Below are positions 14,001 to 28,044 of a DNA stretch of 64,000 nucleotides, piece by piece. Made by a program: the position numbers and the translations under genes. Below the pieces are notes generated by a model that worked only from the letters and a program-made list of their open reading frames with translations, had not been told where the DNA came from and made no database searches. Source of the DNA: Balanoglossus misakiensis. Lineage: Eukaryota; Animalia; Hemichordata. The DNA is taken from the NCBI GenBank assembly GCA_040954595.2, contig CM082593.2, forward strand, positions 1,064,901 to 1,128,900, given 5' to 3'. How positions within the stretch are numbered: the stretch's first letter is position 1; each line of letters opens with the position of its first letter.

Positions 14001-17000
14001 GAATGGAGTGAGAGAAAAATGAAGAATTTTGTAAGAATCTAGTGTTAGACATCAGTTACTGAAAACATGTTAATTTTATCAGAAAAGCTGATGATTAAAA
14101 TAACAATTAGTACAAATTTGTAGTAAAATGCCATTGACTTTGATAATGACAAAATCATGCAGAAACATGTATCTATTCTCGACTATAGTCAGAATACTAA
14201 AACATTCAGTTGTCAGTAAATTTGGGGACCTTGAAAATTCTCAAATAGCAAAACTCAACCTGAAAAATTGACGTGTAAATGTCGAACTTACAATGTGATA
14301 TCCTGGCTGCTCAATGCCATACCAAATAGACCAACACTGGTATAAAAGTCAGAGAAGTATAAACATTACTAAAATGTCATCATACTATATGGTTTCTTGT
14401 TTAGTAAATTTAGTATTTTACGTGCTCAAAGAAACATCGTTGTCTGTCATGAGAGTGTTAATTTCATTTTTCCTTCACTCATGTTGTTATAATTTATAAT
14501 ACTATAAAGCAGAAAACAATCAAAACTTTGATTTACATATTTTCTTGTGCATAGTGTCAGTGATGAAGTGTGCACTTATACATAGTCTAACTCACCAAAG
14601 CACTGCAGTAGCTACAAGCATAATTGGTCTCCTTTTTCCATAGGGACTGACCATTCGATCACTGCAAGTCAACAAAACAGTGTTTCACACTCTTTGCAAT
14701 ACGGTACACAGATGTAGATCAGAATTCATGCAGCATATTCACATAGGCCTATTTGCAAAATATATATTTATTGAGACAATGTCAGTATCTATTTGTTTAC
14801 CAAAAATAGTATATTACTGGTATTTTGAAATTACCTTAACATTCCTATGAGAGGACCAGCTACTAATGAAAGTAAGGCTCCAACAGCGACAATACCACCC
14901 AGCCATCTCCCTTTGGCTGCCTGGCCAACCATGGTTTGAACCTGGGCAGGAATAACTGAAATTTGAGAAAAAAAACACAGATTCTGGTGAACAACTAATT
15001 TGTTTCCAATGTTGGTACTCGCTCAATCAATTGCAATTCACAACGGGGAAAATCTATCTGCTGTCTCAGTCTGTAAGTAAATGATGGTGATGATTACAGA
15101 TTTGAATATTCCACTTACCAACAACACATAGAGCCAGATACATCAGATTATAGCCATACCAAGTGAGATTCAACAGAACAAGTCGGCCATTACTGAGAGC
15201 TGTAAAGTCTTCATTTTTATCTTGCATATTTGAATAGGGGCTGTCGAAAATATATAACAGCATTCAAAGATATGAACCAATCATGTTGAAATTATCTGGC
15301 AGCTGGCAAAATTACATGGCTCTGAGCAAAAAAGGAGTGCTCTTGTGAAATAAGAAATCAATGCATGAAAATCATGAAAATTGCTGCTCGAATATCAACT
15401 TTAATTGGAGCTAAAGAGTCATGCACCTTGAAACTCAAAGTTTTCAACTTTTTCTCATGGCAAATTTAGATCATCCGCGCTTAAAATTGAGAATAAAAAT
15501 TGAGGGTCAGCATGTTTTAGTGTGATATTCACAAAATACAGGTCTTTCATATTTGTCATGAAATTGGGTTGTCTAATTGTTTCCTTTAGTTAGGAAATGA
15601 CAGATGTTTTAGATTCAGTCCATGTGGTGGAAATGTGTGTTCTATTCACGATGTACAATTCATACCAGTAACATTTCCTGAGTGTTAAAATAAAAAAACT
15701 AATGCATATGAGTCGTGTTTTATTTTTAGAATAAATGAAGTTGTGGGTTTTTGAGTAGACCAAACTGTAAATGTGTTTTAATCGGGCATGTAGTTTTTGG
15801 CAATGAGTGAAGTGACATGAAAAATATCCCATGTTAGATACTGGGTGAGGTTCTCTACGAAATTTACAATGCAATTTACAAGGATGAATGGTTTCTTCCA
15901 TTGCAAAATAATTTTCAATCACAAAGAAATATGAGCCATCATTTTCCACATGGAAGGACCTTTCAGAGCAATTTCTGACGGTAAATTAGGTTATCAGAAA
16001 AGATAGGTATGGATGATTACTGTAATGCCTGTGGCAGAGCCTGTGGCATCAAATGACAGCATTGTGCTGTACAAATTCTACTTGCCGTAAATTTTGAAGC
16101 TATTTTTCATTTTTAACATAAGTCCCATTGCATGTTGGGCACAGCAGATACAAAACATGTGACATGATAATCTGAACACATTTAAAATTTATGTTTCCCC
16201 CTAACAATATACTTCCAGCTATTGTTAAAGATGAACAATTACATAGTACATTATTCTTATCTATTGTTTATTGTCGTCATTCAGAAACAATTTAGCACAT
16301 CCACAAATCATGTCATATACCTAACAGTCTAACACAATTAGATTATTAAAATTTTATCCAGATTATTTGTCTTGCATATACATGTAAATTTAAAATATAA
16401 GTCAATTTAATAATGAAGATGAGCAACTAAAGAGCAAAATCATTTGACGTGAATGTTTGATCTGATATTTTCAAATAGACTTAAAATAGCAGTAATTGCT
16501 ACAGTTGTTCTCTGCTTGTCCCCTATTGATGACAGTGATCGATGACTCAACTGACTGATCTTTTTGTTTGTTTCCTGCAATGTGAAAGGTATAAGAGCAT
16601 GTATAGTGCGGCGATTGGAAACAGCTGTGTATAAGGCACTTGGCTGTAGGAAAGATGAATGCGATATTGTTTGTCTGGATGGATGGACGGCTGTCATTCG
16701 GAGCATGAAATAATTAGTATGATTTCAATTGAAAGTAGTCATGGAGACAAATAATCACTGGTTTTACATTACATTCATTTTGTAATGGACCTTGTTGACA
16801 AAATGGGTTACTAAATAATAATAACAGTAATACATGTAGTAAGACTGCATGTTGATATTCACTTATGTACAAATGTGACCATGAACACTTTCATGAGTAT
16901 AAAATTCAAACTTACTCAGAAAGTGAATTCATCTTCATTTCTGAACCATTAAGTACAGGGGTTTCTTCACTAAGAGCAGTTTTCTCGTTTTTCTCCATCT

Positions 17001-20000
17001 TGACTTCTGAAAAACAAACAACAGAATTGAAAAACCACATGAACTCTCTAAGCTGCCAAAAAACACCAAGGGAATAAGGGTACCTAACACAGAGCTCATT
17101 TTAACAACACCTAAGTGTATTTTGCCATTTCTTTACACAGTTTTGATGAGCAGTCTCTGTCGCCATGGGAACAATCCTCTCGTGGATCTATAGACTTGTG
17201 TCTTTCAGCTGGTTGTTTGCTTTGGAAATTGTACAAGTAAGACTCAACAACTGATTTAATACACTGTGTACCGTACATGGGGATCTCATTTGGAATTCCC
17301 TTGGCGTGCATGGTTGACTTCATCAATAGACACTCATATATTATTCAGCATCTTCCATACATACTCACCATTTAATAAATTTTGTAGATTAAAGCACATA
17401 CCCCTACCTTCCAAAGATCTTGTCCCCAGAGACTGGGACATTCCCACGTACATTAACCGGCCAAAAATGATATAACACTCAGTGGTTGAGGAACACCCAA
17501 AAATAGCAGTGGAACTTGTCAACCTTGAAACCTATTGACGCTTCCAAATTCAGCATATTCTAATTTATTCTTTTCATGCAGAGAACGCTTTTTTGGTGAC
17601 CACCGCATGTTACAACAATAAAGGCAGATTGACCTGCATCTTCACAATTTTATCACAGAAATAACTCCATTGCACATCGGATATTAATCAAAAATAGATG
17701 ACCTGTATTCACAGGTACATAGCAATCAAAAGAGCTGTGGTGTCCTGACATGGATTTGCTGTTTTGCTGTTCACCTAATTCTTTATGATATCAATAACAC
17801 ACCGACATGGAAAATTTATTTTTCCTGGTCATTCAAAGATTTCCTAGTAATGTGTGTGTGTATTTGTGACTCTGTGCGTGTTTGGAATATTTGAACAATT
17901 CTAAAACGTATATGATTTGATCACTTTTAACACATACTTACCAATGAGACTTAACTTTAAATTTCACTCGAACAAAGGTAAATATCTGCAATACGTCGAT
18001 CCCTTTTGAGTCCCTTTCCTTGTGACAGATGTAACTACATCTGGAATTAAAAATAAATTGAAGGTTTCTGGTCATGGCATATTTCTATGTTTATATTAAA
18101 CTCAGTAACTGTAACTTTTATCTATTTTTTCAGTATCTTTCTCCCATTATCAACTCTAGACTATCACTACAACCACTGTGGTTTTTATCTCATTCATTAT
18201 TCATCAAAGTTGAATTTAATTTTAGACAAGGCATTTTAATTTCACTATCTGGACATTTTCATGTGATGAATGCATGTATGATGACATGGGCAGAACAGAT
18301 GTGCAATAAAAACACAGTGCATGCAAACAACATGATACAAATGATGACATCAATCTTAACATAACAGTCGTCATCTTTAAATGGTGGTGCATGAATGTTT
18401 TCACTAAGTAGTTCTGATTCCTCTGCAAGCTGTGATCAGTCTGCAAAGAACATGCATTTCTGTGAGAGAGATATAAAGCTTGATAATAGCCCTTGGGTAA
18501 TCGCATTTGTATTCTACACATGCCTGGCAGTTGGAAGTCTGGAAAGCTCAAATTTTGTGTGTCAATTCACACTGTACTTCGACGTCTTTACAAATTGTAT
18601 ATCATATTGGAAGAGAAATATATTTTATTAGAAACAGTTCCAGTGTTAGAACTAAAGCTTAAAATTTCCATTATAAGTAGAAGAGTTCCTATTTGCTATA
18701 ACATGGAAACATGTGTACTTTTATCTTCAAATAACTAGAAAAAAACAAGAACCAACCCAACCAACAATAGTCATTATAATATCTAAGATTTTATCATCAT
18801 GTTGCCATGGCAATTCTGTAAAGTGTAATTTCAGTAGACCTGAATACAGAGATTAAATTACTGGGTATGCATACTGATGACTTCTGGCATTTGCACCATA
18901 TGCTTCCTGTATTTCTGAATAAAATGTATGATTGGGATAAAAAAAACATGTCAATCATATCACCCTGTTCTTAAACAAATGATGTAAGGGAGGGGTAATC
19001 TATGTTTGTATTTTACAAAGCATTCTATATGATTCTGGTGCGGTACTATGATGAGCAAGTGTGCATCCTGAATTGCGAGTATGACATGAGCAAAAATTTT
19101 TATGTGAAAACCACCCATATCCCACTCTAAAAAACGTGTATACAATGAAATATGACTTTAAAAGTTGGCAGTATTTATTGTTAATGATCATGCATGTTTA
19201 CTGGCAAAGCAGAAATTGAAAATATTAATTTTGATGAAATATTTATGTGTGCAAATTAATATGACCCTGGATTAAATGCAGAAATATGTCAAACCGATTA
19301 TATTACTGACTGCAGAAAAAAACTTCAAGGTTGGTGTCTACCAGTCTACCATATACATGTAGTTCATAATCTTTCAATTACATGGTAACTCACAATTGGC
19401 TAGTTTAAGGAAATTTGGAGCTAATTTTTGAAGGCCATTGTAATTTGCACGCCACATGAATTTTTAGTTCTCGACTGAAGGATTTTGTTCTGTTTGTCTT
19501 GTTTCAATATGAAACTTCTTCAAATTACCGGGATTATTTGACAGTAAAAAGTAGTACCGGGTATATTTTTATAACCTATTCTGTTGTGTTGTTTTCTATG
19601 GTGAAGTGGTTCCTCTTGAGAGGGAACTGGGTGTGATGTAATTGATTGATTCAATTTGACTGACATTCAATTTAGCAGGTGCTAATTAATCAAGTGTCTA
19701 TAACAACATAAAATATATCTGAGTACAAATGGACATTTCCATCTTGTCAATAAGTCTCTACTGTACTGATACGTGTAACTTAAAAGCCTTAACATCTATT
19801 TCATTAATTCTTCATATCCTTCACTATGCATATGCATGTGATGTACATCGGATTTAATCACAAAGAAATGTGATTGAATATTCCCTAAAACTTTAACCTT
19901 TAAAGGCCAAATTACGCAGGATAAATATATATAGTTTTCATCATTTTATCATCTTTACATGTATGGATAAAAAAATAGCTTTACACACAGAATCAAAAAT

Positions 20001-21127
20001 TGACAAGAATATATGACATGGAAAATTGCAATATCCATTATTATTTATATTTTATTACCAACAGAAAACTGATATGTACTGCAGGGCCTACATTTAATCA
20101 TCAGTGACTCTCATGGCAACCACTGCAGGCAATAGTTTCCATGACAAACTCATTTTTTATCTTATCAGCAGAATGACATGACAAGAAATAAGTTTATAAC
20201 ATAGAACAATTTCCATTTTGATTCATATTATAATTCCGTCTGAAATCTTTGCCGTGAATTTTAAAATATCCTAGGTACATTCTTACAAGCATAAAAACTT
20301 ATTGCAGCACACATGTAGCACATGTATACCCATTACCCAGTATGTTTTATGAAATTATGACCTTCACTCTTTAGTTTTACTTTTCATCTCCATTCAATCA
20401 TATCACCATTATGATGAAAATATTAATAATTAATTAGAGTTATCACTGATGGTGTTTCATTGAAAAAATCACTCTAAACCACCATTTAAAAAATCCCTGG
20501 TATTTTATTTCTACACTTTTTTTACTTTCACCCTATTTCCTTCTGAGGAGGTCCGACTTTACCATAGAAAACAATGGATTAGGACCAAACCATGGTGCCG
20601 AAAAGGTCAAACTGCGTGTCACTTTGAAACATACATGTACCATATTTTGCCGCAACAAATTTAGCAAAAAATTCACTTTCTGCTTTTAGTATAACCGATC
20701 TGATAAAGTGTCTTTTGTTTATAGTCTTCGCCAATATTTTCAACCAACGATACCGGCAATGCGTCACATTTTCTGTGACTGGTATTTAAAATCACTTTCA
20801 CCCTGACCAAGAAATAAAACAAATATAAAACAATGAAATCCTATTTTCATTTTTTGAAAGAATTAAGGTTAGTAACTGTAATCCTATTAAACTATTAATA
20901 TTCAAAATAGGCAACATGGTTTCAATGAAATGTGAGTTTCGAACCGACGGGTATTAGTTTTTTTTTCATGATCAAATACAGAGACTTAATAATCATTGTT
21001 TAATTGCTCATTCATAGTTGATCACAAATGTCAATAATTACAAAGCAAAGGTGTAAGATAGATAAATATCAGAATGAATTTATTTTTCAGACTTACCTTC
21101 AATTTCCCCCAAATGATTTCTGTTCAT
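11028..21127 (-). CDS. Major facilitator superfamily transporter of an atypical (bacterial/protist-like) type
   Basis: In-frame exons 21127-21097 (tentative first exon; alternative ATG at 16998), 17006-16916, 15240-15119, 14955-14835, 14661-14596, 14336-14292, 13709(or 13691)-13465, 13233-13132, 12948-12872, 12656-12542, 12365-12257, 12135-11963, 11691-11602, 11439-11339, 11198-11028. MFS motif A-like GMLSDRMVSPYGKRRP and GCISDKWNRRKP, plus many hydrophobic helices. A further 3' exon probably starts at acceptor 9885. Confidence 0.85.
20520..20610 (-). mobile_element. ~95-bp MITE, same family, inverted
   Basis: ACCATAGAAAACAATGGATT..AACCATGGTG is the reverse complement of the family core. Confidence 0.7.
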
Positions 21128-21879
21128 ACATGGTTATGAAATGAAACGGGTCTGGTAACATCTGTCTCCAACATAAAGCTATGCACGGCAAATCTATGAT
21201 GAGAGAAAAACACCACATGCATACGACAAGAGGAGGGCTGTACCATTGGTCGGAAGGGGAGAGAAGGTAAAAGAGTAGTCTGTACCATTCTTTGCAAGGG
21301 TTTAGATAATGGTTTTAGTTTCCAAATAACCATAGTGATGGCTCCCTTCTACTATAAAGGGAAGCATTTTCATTTATACTGGATGATGCTGCATCATTTA
21401 CAGAGTACAAAGTAACAGTTGGTGAAAACTGCAGTATGAATGAATATGTTTCAACATCATTCTCTGTAAATTTGGAAAGATTTCATACAAAATACAGGTG
21501 TTGTTTCTTATAAGGTTGCAATCAGTAAAAAAATTTGCAAGAAAGTAAAGTAAAGGTATTTTTATAGTTGCTATTTAAAATTAAGTCAATTTTGCTTTTA
21601 ATTATCTGGTTATTCCCCATCCGTGTTTTTCACGCTCTATCTTGATGTATCTATTAATTTATATGAAAATATATTAGACCTTCATTATGAGTCGAGCGTC
21701 ATTGATAGATAACCTTGTGTAATTGAGTTTATACATGACTCTAGTCATGCATGATTATATAAACATTAATGAATCTGTGATTGGTTCTTTTATTTAACAG
21801 AAAATAAGACAATGGTAATACTGGTACATCTTATTCTCAAGATCTTCCATACATAAGTACAGAGGGCAGACTTTTATCT

Positions 21880-22629
21880 CAACATTATCTCAACAACGCC
21901 TGTCTGGTTTCTCTTTCCGAAGTAAATTTGCATCGGCCGAAGTCGGGGATATTCGACTATTTCCGTAACAAATCGGCTAGGTTCGGGATTCTCCGTGCGT
22001 AACACGAGGGACGGGGAAAGGTAATGCATTGCTGGTGTGATTCAACTCCTAATGTTGCTCTGTTCGGCCAGAAATTGTTTTTTCAGCCACAGCTGTTGAG
22101 TGCAATACCCTCATTTTTATTGGCAATACTGTTTTGTCTCTACAGGGTAGGGATTCACTAATTTTTGATGTTAACAAGAGCTGTCCTGAGAAGTAGGCCG
22201 TTAGTACGTGTTTCGCTTTGTTCGCAACCAAAACGGTCGAGTATTGACTGGCGACGTCGATCAATCCAGCATCTTTCATTTGGCTACGAAAATTCGTTGG
22301 ACCGTCCACAATTACTTAGAGGAAGTGAAGTGAGTATACTGCAATTATCTAAACTGTGGCAGTTGCAAATTTATAATTTGTTTTGGAAGGTTGTGAGAAA
22401 CTGACATACATTAATATGCAAATTACAATGTACATAGGCGAAAGTGGGTCACTTGCATTTGGGCCTCATTTGGCATATTGCAAATCACTTCTCTGGACCC
22501 AGAACTGACGTAACTACACTTTGCTAATTATTGTTTATTTTTATTGAACTATAGAGATCCTTGTGCCTTTCGAGTTTGAATTTTTCAACGGACAATTTCC
22601 CGCCTTTACCCCCATATCAACCAAACAAA
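21880..22629. promoter_or_regulatory. Probable shared promoter region of the MFS gene and hnRNP F/H
   Basis: CpG-rich stretch between divergent genes; octamer ATGCAAAT 22416-22423; TGACGTAA ~22506; kB-consensus GGGATTCTCC 21985-21994. Confidence 0.45.
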
Positions 22630-25600
22630 ATGGCGGAAGAAAATGACGGTAATGTCATCAGGGCACGTGGTTTACCATGGTCAGCAACAAACAAAGAAGT
22701 GTCAACGTTTTTTAAAGGTAATTATGAAGAGACCTTGAATTCAAACTCGTTGAAACAGCTTAATGGTTGGTGATAACCCTTGTAGTTTAAGATCTTTGAC
22801 AAGTTGACACATGCATGTACTAGCTTTCATAGCTGGCAATGTAAGAATGCAATAGACATATTCTTTGAATAAAAGCTCTTATTGAAATTTGTTGAATGCT
22901 GCTATGATGTTTAGGCAATGATGTATAACTGGCAATATCTGTAATCACACTAATTTGTATTTTCTGTGTTTGCCCCGTAGGTTGTAATATAGTAGGTGGG
23001 ATGGATGGTATCAAATTCACTTACACAAAAGAGGGCAGGCCGAGTGGAGAGTGTTTCATAGAATTAGAAACTACTGAAGATGTCAATCTGGCACTGGAAA
23101 GGCATAATGCCCACATGGGACACAGATATGTTGAAGGTGGGTGTCACGTTGTGCATAATTCTTGCAAGGTTACCTTCTTGTATGCTCGCAAAGGGTTAGT
23201 GATCATTACAGCCATAAGAGAATGGTATCCTATGACAGAATACTGCACAATCCTCTGTCATTTTGACCTTGAATACAACAAATATAAACTTCTTGAAATT
23301 TTGACTGACTGAGAATATTAACCCTGGTATGAGAATTTGGCCTTTCACAATATCAGTTGCTTTGATTCTTTCAGTGTTTCGGTCAAAAAAGACAGAAATG
23401 GAGTACGTTATTAAGAGGAGTGGACCAAACGCAGTACAAGACAATGACGGCTGTTGCAGGTTGAGGGGTTTGCCGTTCGGTTGTTCCAAGGAGGAGATAG
23501 CACAGTTTTTCAGTGGTAAGGTCACTGTTTTATTTGTTTGTCTGATACTTTCCATGGTAAAAAGATTATTTTTGTCACATTGCTTGGGATCATTTCATTC
23601 TGGCATTATGTAACATAAATTAATCATACATGCATATTTTTTCATGTATGGTTGTATTTATGAACGGGAAAATATTAATGATAACCCCTCCCTTTTTGTT
23701 CATAATAGGAAGCACAGATCAAATAGTTTCTAACTGGGACAATTCTAGGCTAATTAGCCTAGAAATGTGAAAACAATATCACAGACACTTAGGATACAGA
23801 AATTATAGACAAACTGCACACATGATTAGCTTGCAGTAGTTCAAACTACATGTATTGTCAGTGCTGTGTTTGTGTGAAATGATACCCCTGCAGTATCTGA
23901 GCATCTTTACCCATTCATTATCACATAACCCAAAGTGCCGCAGCCTTGCCACATCAAACTAATTGTGCCTCATTTCAAGGGTGAACAAAGTCTAGATCCC
24001 AAGATCACTACTAACCATATGTGTTTTCCTATCACCGTATGATTAGTCGAAATTACTACCCTGTTATAAAATCTGCACTTGCGCTGTTGGGGTTTTTGCT
24101 CATCCATGCATCTGCGACAATTTCTGGGAAGGGATGCAAATCATGTCAGCACATAATGCAATGCTGCACATCGGAATAAGACAGTTGTTGATTTAACTTC
24201 ACACAGGGTAATATTCATGACTCAACACTGCTGAATATATAACATGAGGGGTAACTTGTCCTCCTCAATGCATTCATGCTTTGGTTTTTTGTAAAATCTG
24301 TGTGCTGGCCCACTACCACAAACTGTATGACTGCACACATGTATATATCCTGCCTTTGCAGCACTCAGTTCCATATATTACGTTCAAAGGTATTATGTGC
24401 CTCAAAATAGTTTGTGCCATTTGAAATGTTGGTTAATTCATTGCGTCATGTGGTGGGTTTCTGCCACGCCTTTCCCTTGGGGAAAAGGTGATTAGATTAC
24501 ACATAGAGGCACATTTTACCTTCAGTATTAGCTGTCACTGACGGCCATTTGAAATGTTGATTTACAATTTGCATTCTTCTGGGTTGGTTACATCTAAGGG
24601 TTGGAGATAGTGGCCAACGGGATTACACTACCTACAGACTACAATGGGCGGAGTACGGGGGAGGCCTATGTCCAATTTTCCACAAAGGACATTGCAGAGA
24701 AGGCATTAGGGAAACACAAGGAAATGATAGGGCACAGGTGGGATAAGTGGTAACCTCCGTGGTACTTCCTTTACATTATATATTGACCCAACTGGGGACT
24801 TTCATGTTAATCATCTGTACAGTACAAAAAAAAAGATGATGGAAGAAATATGTGTGGGAAAGGTTCAGTTTCTTTGAGGTGAGATGCAAATTGTCTTCAA
24901 ATGGAGCTCATGTGTTTTGAGACTTGTATGATCAAATGTAAAAACGATGAAATTCCTCTTCCATGATTAGTCATAATTTATTATAATGCAGCATGTAAAA
25001 GATGACAATTATGTTCTACCAAATAAAGTGGGCCTTTTCCAGACCATTAAAACAGATTTGCACCAAGTCATTGGATTGTCCATTTGTTTATTGTTATCTA
25101 TTGTTATGCAAAGCAAGTTCAAAACTTTGATGATCCACTGGTTTTATTTGAAACAATTGTACTAACATTCCCGTGACTGAATGTTTAAATTTTTTTATTT
25201 TATTTCATTTGGCTAACAATTTTGTTTACTTTGTGCATGTTGGTTGTAGATGTTAGTTATCTGTACTAGATCCACCAAGCTTTGCCTAAGATGTGATGTT
25301 TTGCTTGACAGAAGTAGTTGCTTTCAGTCTCACAATATCCTTGCAAGAGCCACATTTTGTTTTCCAATCTTTCTAGTCCTTGGGAATGGTGCAGATAGGA
25401 AAGGGATTAGTATATGGGTTAATCTGGTGGATTTAGTGCTGCTTTGAATTCTGGGTATTAACTTGACTTGTATCGCCATTTTCCTAGGTACATTGAAATT
25501 TTCAAAAGTGGCAAAGAGGAAGTACGTGCTGCAATGGGTCTGAAACCTCGTCCATTGATGAACAGTCGGCCTGGTCCGTACGACAGATTTGGAGGTGGCG

Positions 25601-28044
25601 GTGGTTGTGGTGCTGGCGCTGGTGGAGGAGGTCCGCGAGCATTTGGGCGTGGTGGTGGAGGTGGTAGCTCTGGTTACGACAGGAGGTACAATCGAGGAGG
25701 ATATGGAGGTATGTGCTAGCAAAAAGAACCAGTTTTTGATTCCCACTAGTGTATGTAATCTGTTGCATCTATGTATCTACGTAACATTCTGGAATTTTTC
25801 TTTGATGAAAGAATATGAATACATCATTATACAGGCAAGTTTTGTCTATTCCAAGAAGATTTCATTGGAGTGTACAGTATCATACATTTACAAAAAAATG
25901 CATGCTGGTTTTTAAATGGAGAAAAATGTTCATTTTGTAGGATATGGCGGTGGTTACGATGATGACTACGATGGCTATGATGATGATTTCTACAGTGGCC
26001 CTCAGAGTAGTGGTGGGGGTGGTGGCTATGGTCAAGTTGGTATGGGTAACATGAGACGAGGACGTGGAGGATATGGTGGAGCTCAGCGTGGAGGACGAGG
26101 TGAGATTGGCAGGAGTAGCAATATACGTATCATGAATATTACAGGAAAGCTTAGCCAAAGAAATGATGTTATGGTGACTGTGAAACGAGATAGATTGTTT
26201 GCTAAATGTCACTTCAGCTACGAAAACTAGACATGTCTACATTCTGTAACTTCTTAGGGGCTCCTCAAAAAGGCCTGTGGGTGTGAAGGAAAAATTATGA
26301 ATGTCACTTCCATGACCTATGAAAGGTCAGAGGTCGAGGAAAGGGGTCTCAAAAGGAATACTGGAAAAGCCTTAATTTCATAACACATTCTTGATCTGTT
26401 GTATCATTGATGCGCTATGAAAGAGTGATTGAGGTTTAGTGTGTGTGGTCAAATTCAATCCTTTGATTGAATTGATATTCTATATGTGCTGTAACAGGGC
26501 GTGGTTATTATTCAGGACCAGGTAGCGACCGTTTGAAGGTAGAAGGCTATGTCGGCACCACCGGCCATGTTGTGCACATGAGGGGATTGCCATTCAGAGC
26601 AACAGAACAGGATATCAGACAGGTGAGGCTTTCCTACAATTCTGGTCTGTGGCCAGTGTTTCTGTCCCGTGGTAACACTGGGTTTGTAGAAGTTGTAAAA
26701 CTAACTGATTTCAAATAAAGTTTTACAAAATTACTCATTCACTTTCTGCTCTTAAATAAGTACCACTGTTTGGTAAATATTTCATTTCAAACTTGGTTGT
26801 ATATTGACAAAACCTCAATTTTCCTGATTCCAGTTCTTCCAGCCCATCGTTCCAGTCAAAGTGCATATCCAGTTTGAACCAAACGGAAGAGCGTCGGGCG
26901 AAGCAGACGTCGAGTTTGCAACTCATGATGACGCTGTTGCTGCCATGTCGAAGGACAAAGCTAATATGTCACACCGCTACATCGAATTGTTTCTGAACTC
27001 CTCGCAAGGATCATCATCTGGTGGAGGAGGAGGAGGTGGATTTGGCAGTAGTGGTGGCAGTGGTAGTATGGGAATGGGTGGTAAGTGAAACTTTTTCCCA
27101 CATCACTGATGTTGTGAGGAAAGTTCCAGGTTTCCAATCAACTGCCCTGCCCTTGTGTGGAATCAAAACTTTCAAAGGAAGTAAAGCATCTTCAAAGTAT
27201 TGCTTCGATTGAAGTTGAAATGAACCTGTTACTTCGCCAAAGTGAAAAATGGTTACCCCAATGTTACCTCCATATATCATGTGTTTTGTTCATAGTAAAA
27301 AGTGGGAGACCACATCATGTGTACATGAAGTAAAATCAATGCATTTAAAATTATAGTTAAGTCAATAAACTGCTCAACCCAGAATCTTGGCATTTAGATT
27401 GGGATTTTGATTAGATTTGATACATTTTGATTTCAGTTTGACTTTTGTATACAGTTGTGGTCTTTCTTAGCTTAGAGTTGAGGTCAGTCACGCAGAATGG
27501 TGATAAACATTGTGGACGTTCGCCCGAGACACCAATGTTTTCTGCGTTCTGGTTCCTTATAGGTCAGTCAGGGTTTGGACAAAGTAGCCAGTCAGGATTT
27601 GGAAATCAAGATGGTGGTCTGATGAACACTGGTATGGGAGGTAACATTGGTGGCGGTGGTGGTGGTAGTCTTGGTGGTTCTGGCAGTGGTGGTTCCAACA
27701 ACAGTTTTGGTGGTGGTGGTGGTGGGTTCCAAGGTGAGTTTCTAGAGGTGTAAAGATGGCCATCCACTTGTCATGTTTGCTGTGAGGTCTCATCAGGGAT
27801 AAGGAGGAATGATTGTTTGAACTTGTGTATATCTGACATAGAATTGTCCTTTCTTTTGACTCAAGGTAACCAAGGAGGAGGTATGGGAGGACAGAGTGGC
27901 TTCTTTGGGAGTAGCGGTGGCAACCAGATGGGATCATCCGGAGGTGGCATGGGAATGAACATGAGTGGGGGAATGGGAGGAGGAATGGGGTCCGGAGGAG
28001 GCATGGGACAAATGGGACAAAATTCAGGATACGGAGGCTTCTAA
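22630..28044 (+). CDS. HNRNPH1: Heterogeneous nuclear ribonucleoprotein F/H (three qRRMs plus Gly-rich regions)
   Basis: Exons 22630-22717, 22981-23136, 23375-23515, 24599-24737, 25488-25708, 25941-26099, 26498-26622, 26834-27080, 27563-27733, 27866-28044. qRRM signatures [51 protein letters not shown]; RPGPYDR; GYR-rich and GMG-rich tails. Likely pro-ortholog of HNRNPF/H1/H2. Confidence 0.95.

Noticed and set aside
17111-18631. Several 60-110 aa ORFs in the long first MFS intron
   Set aside because: No recognisable domains and no consistent splice signals linking them.
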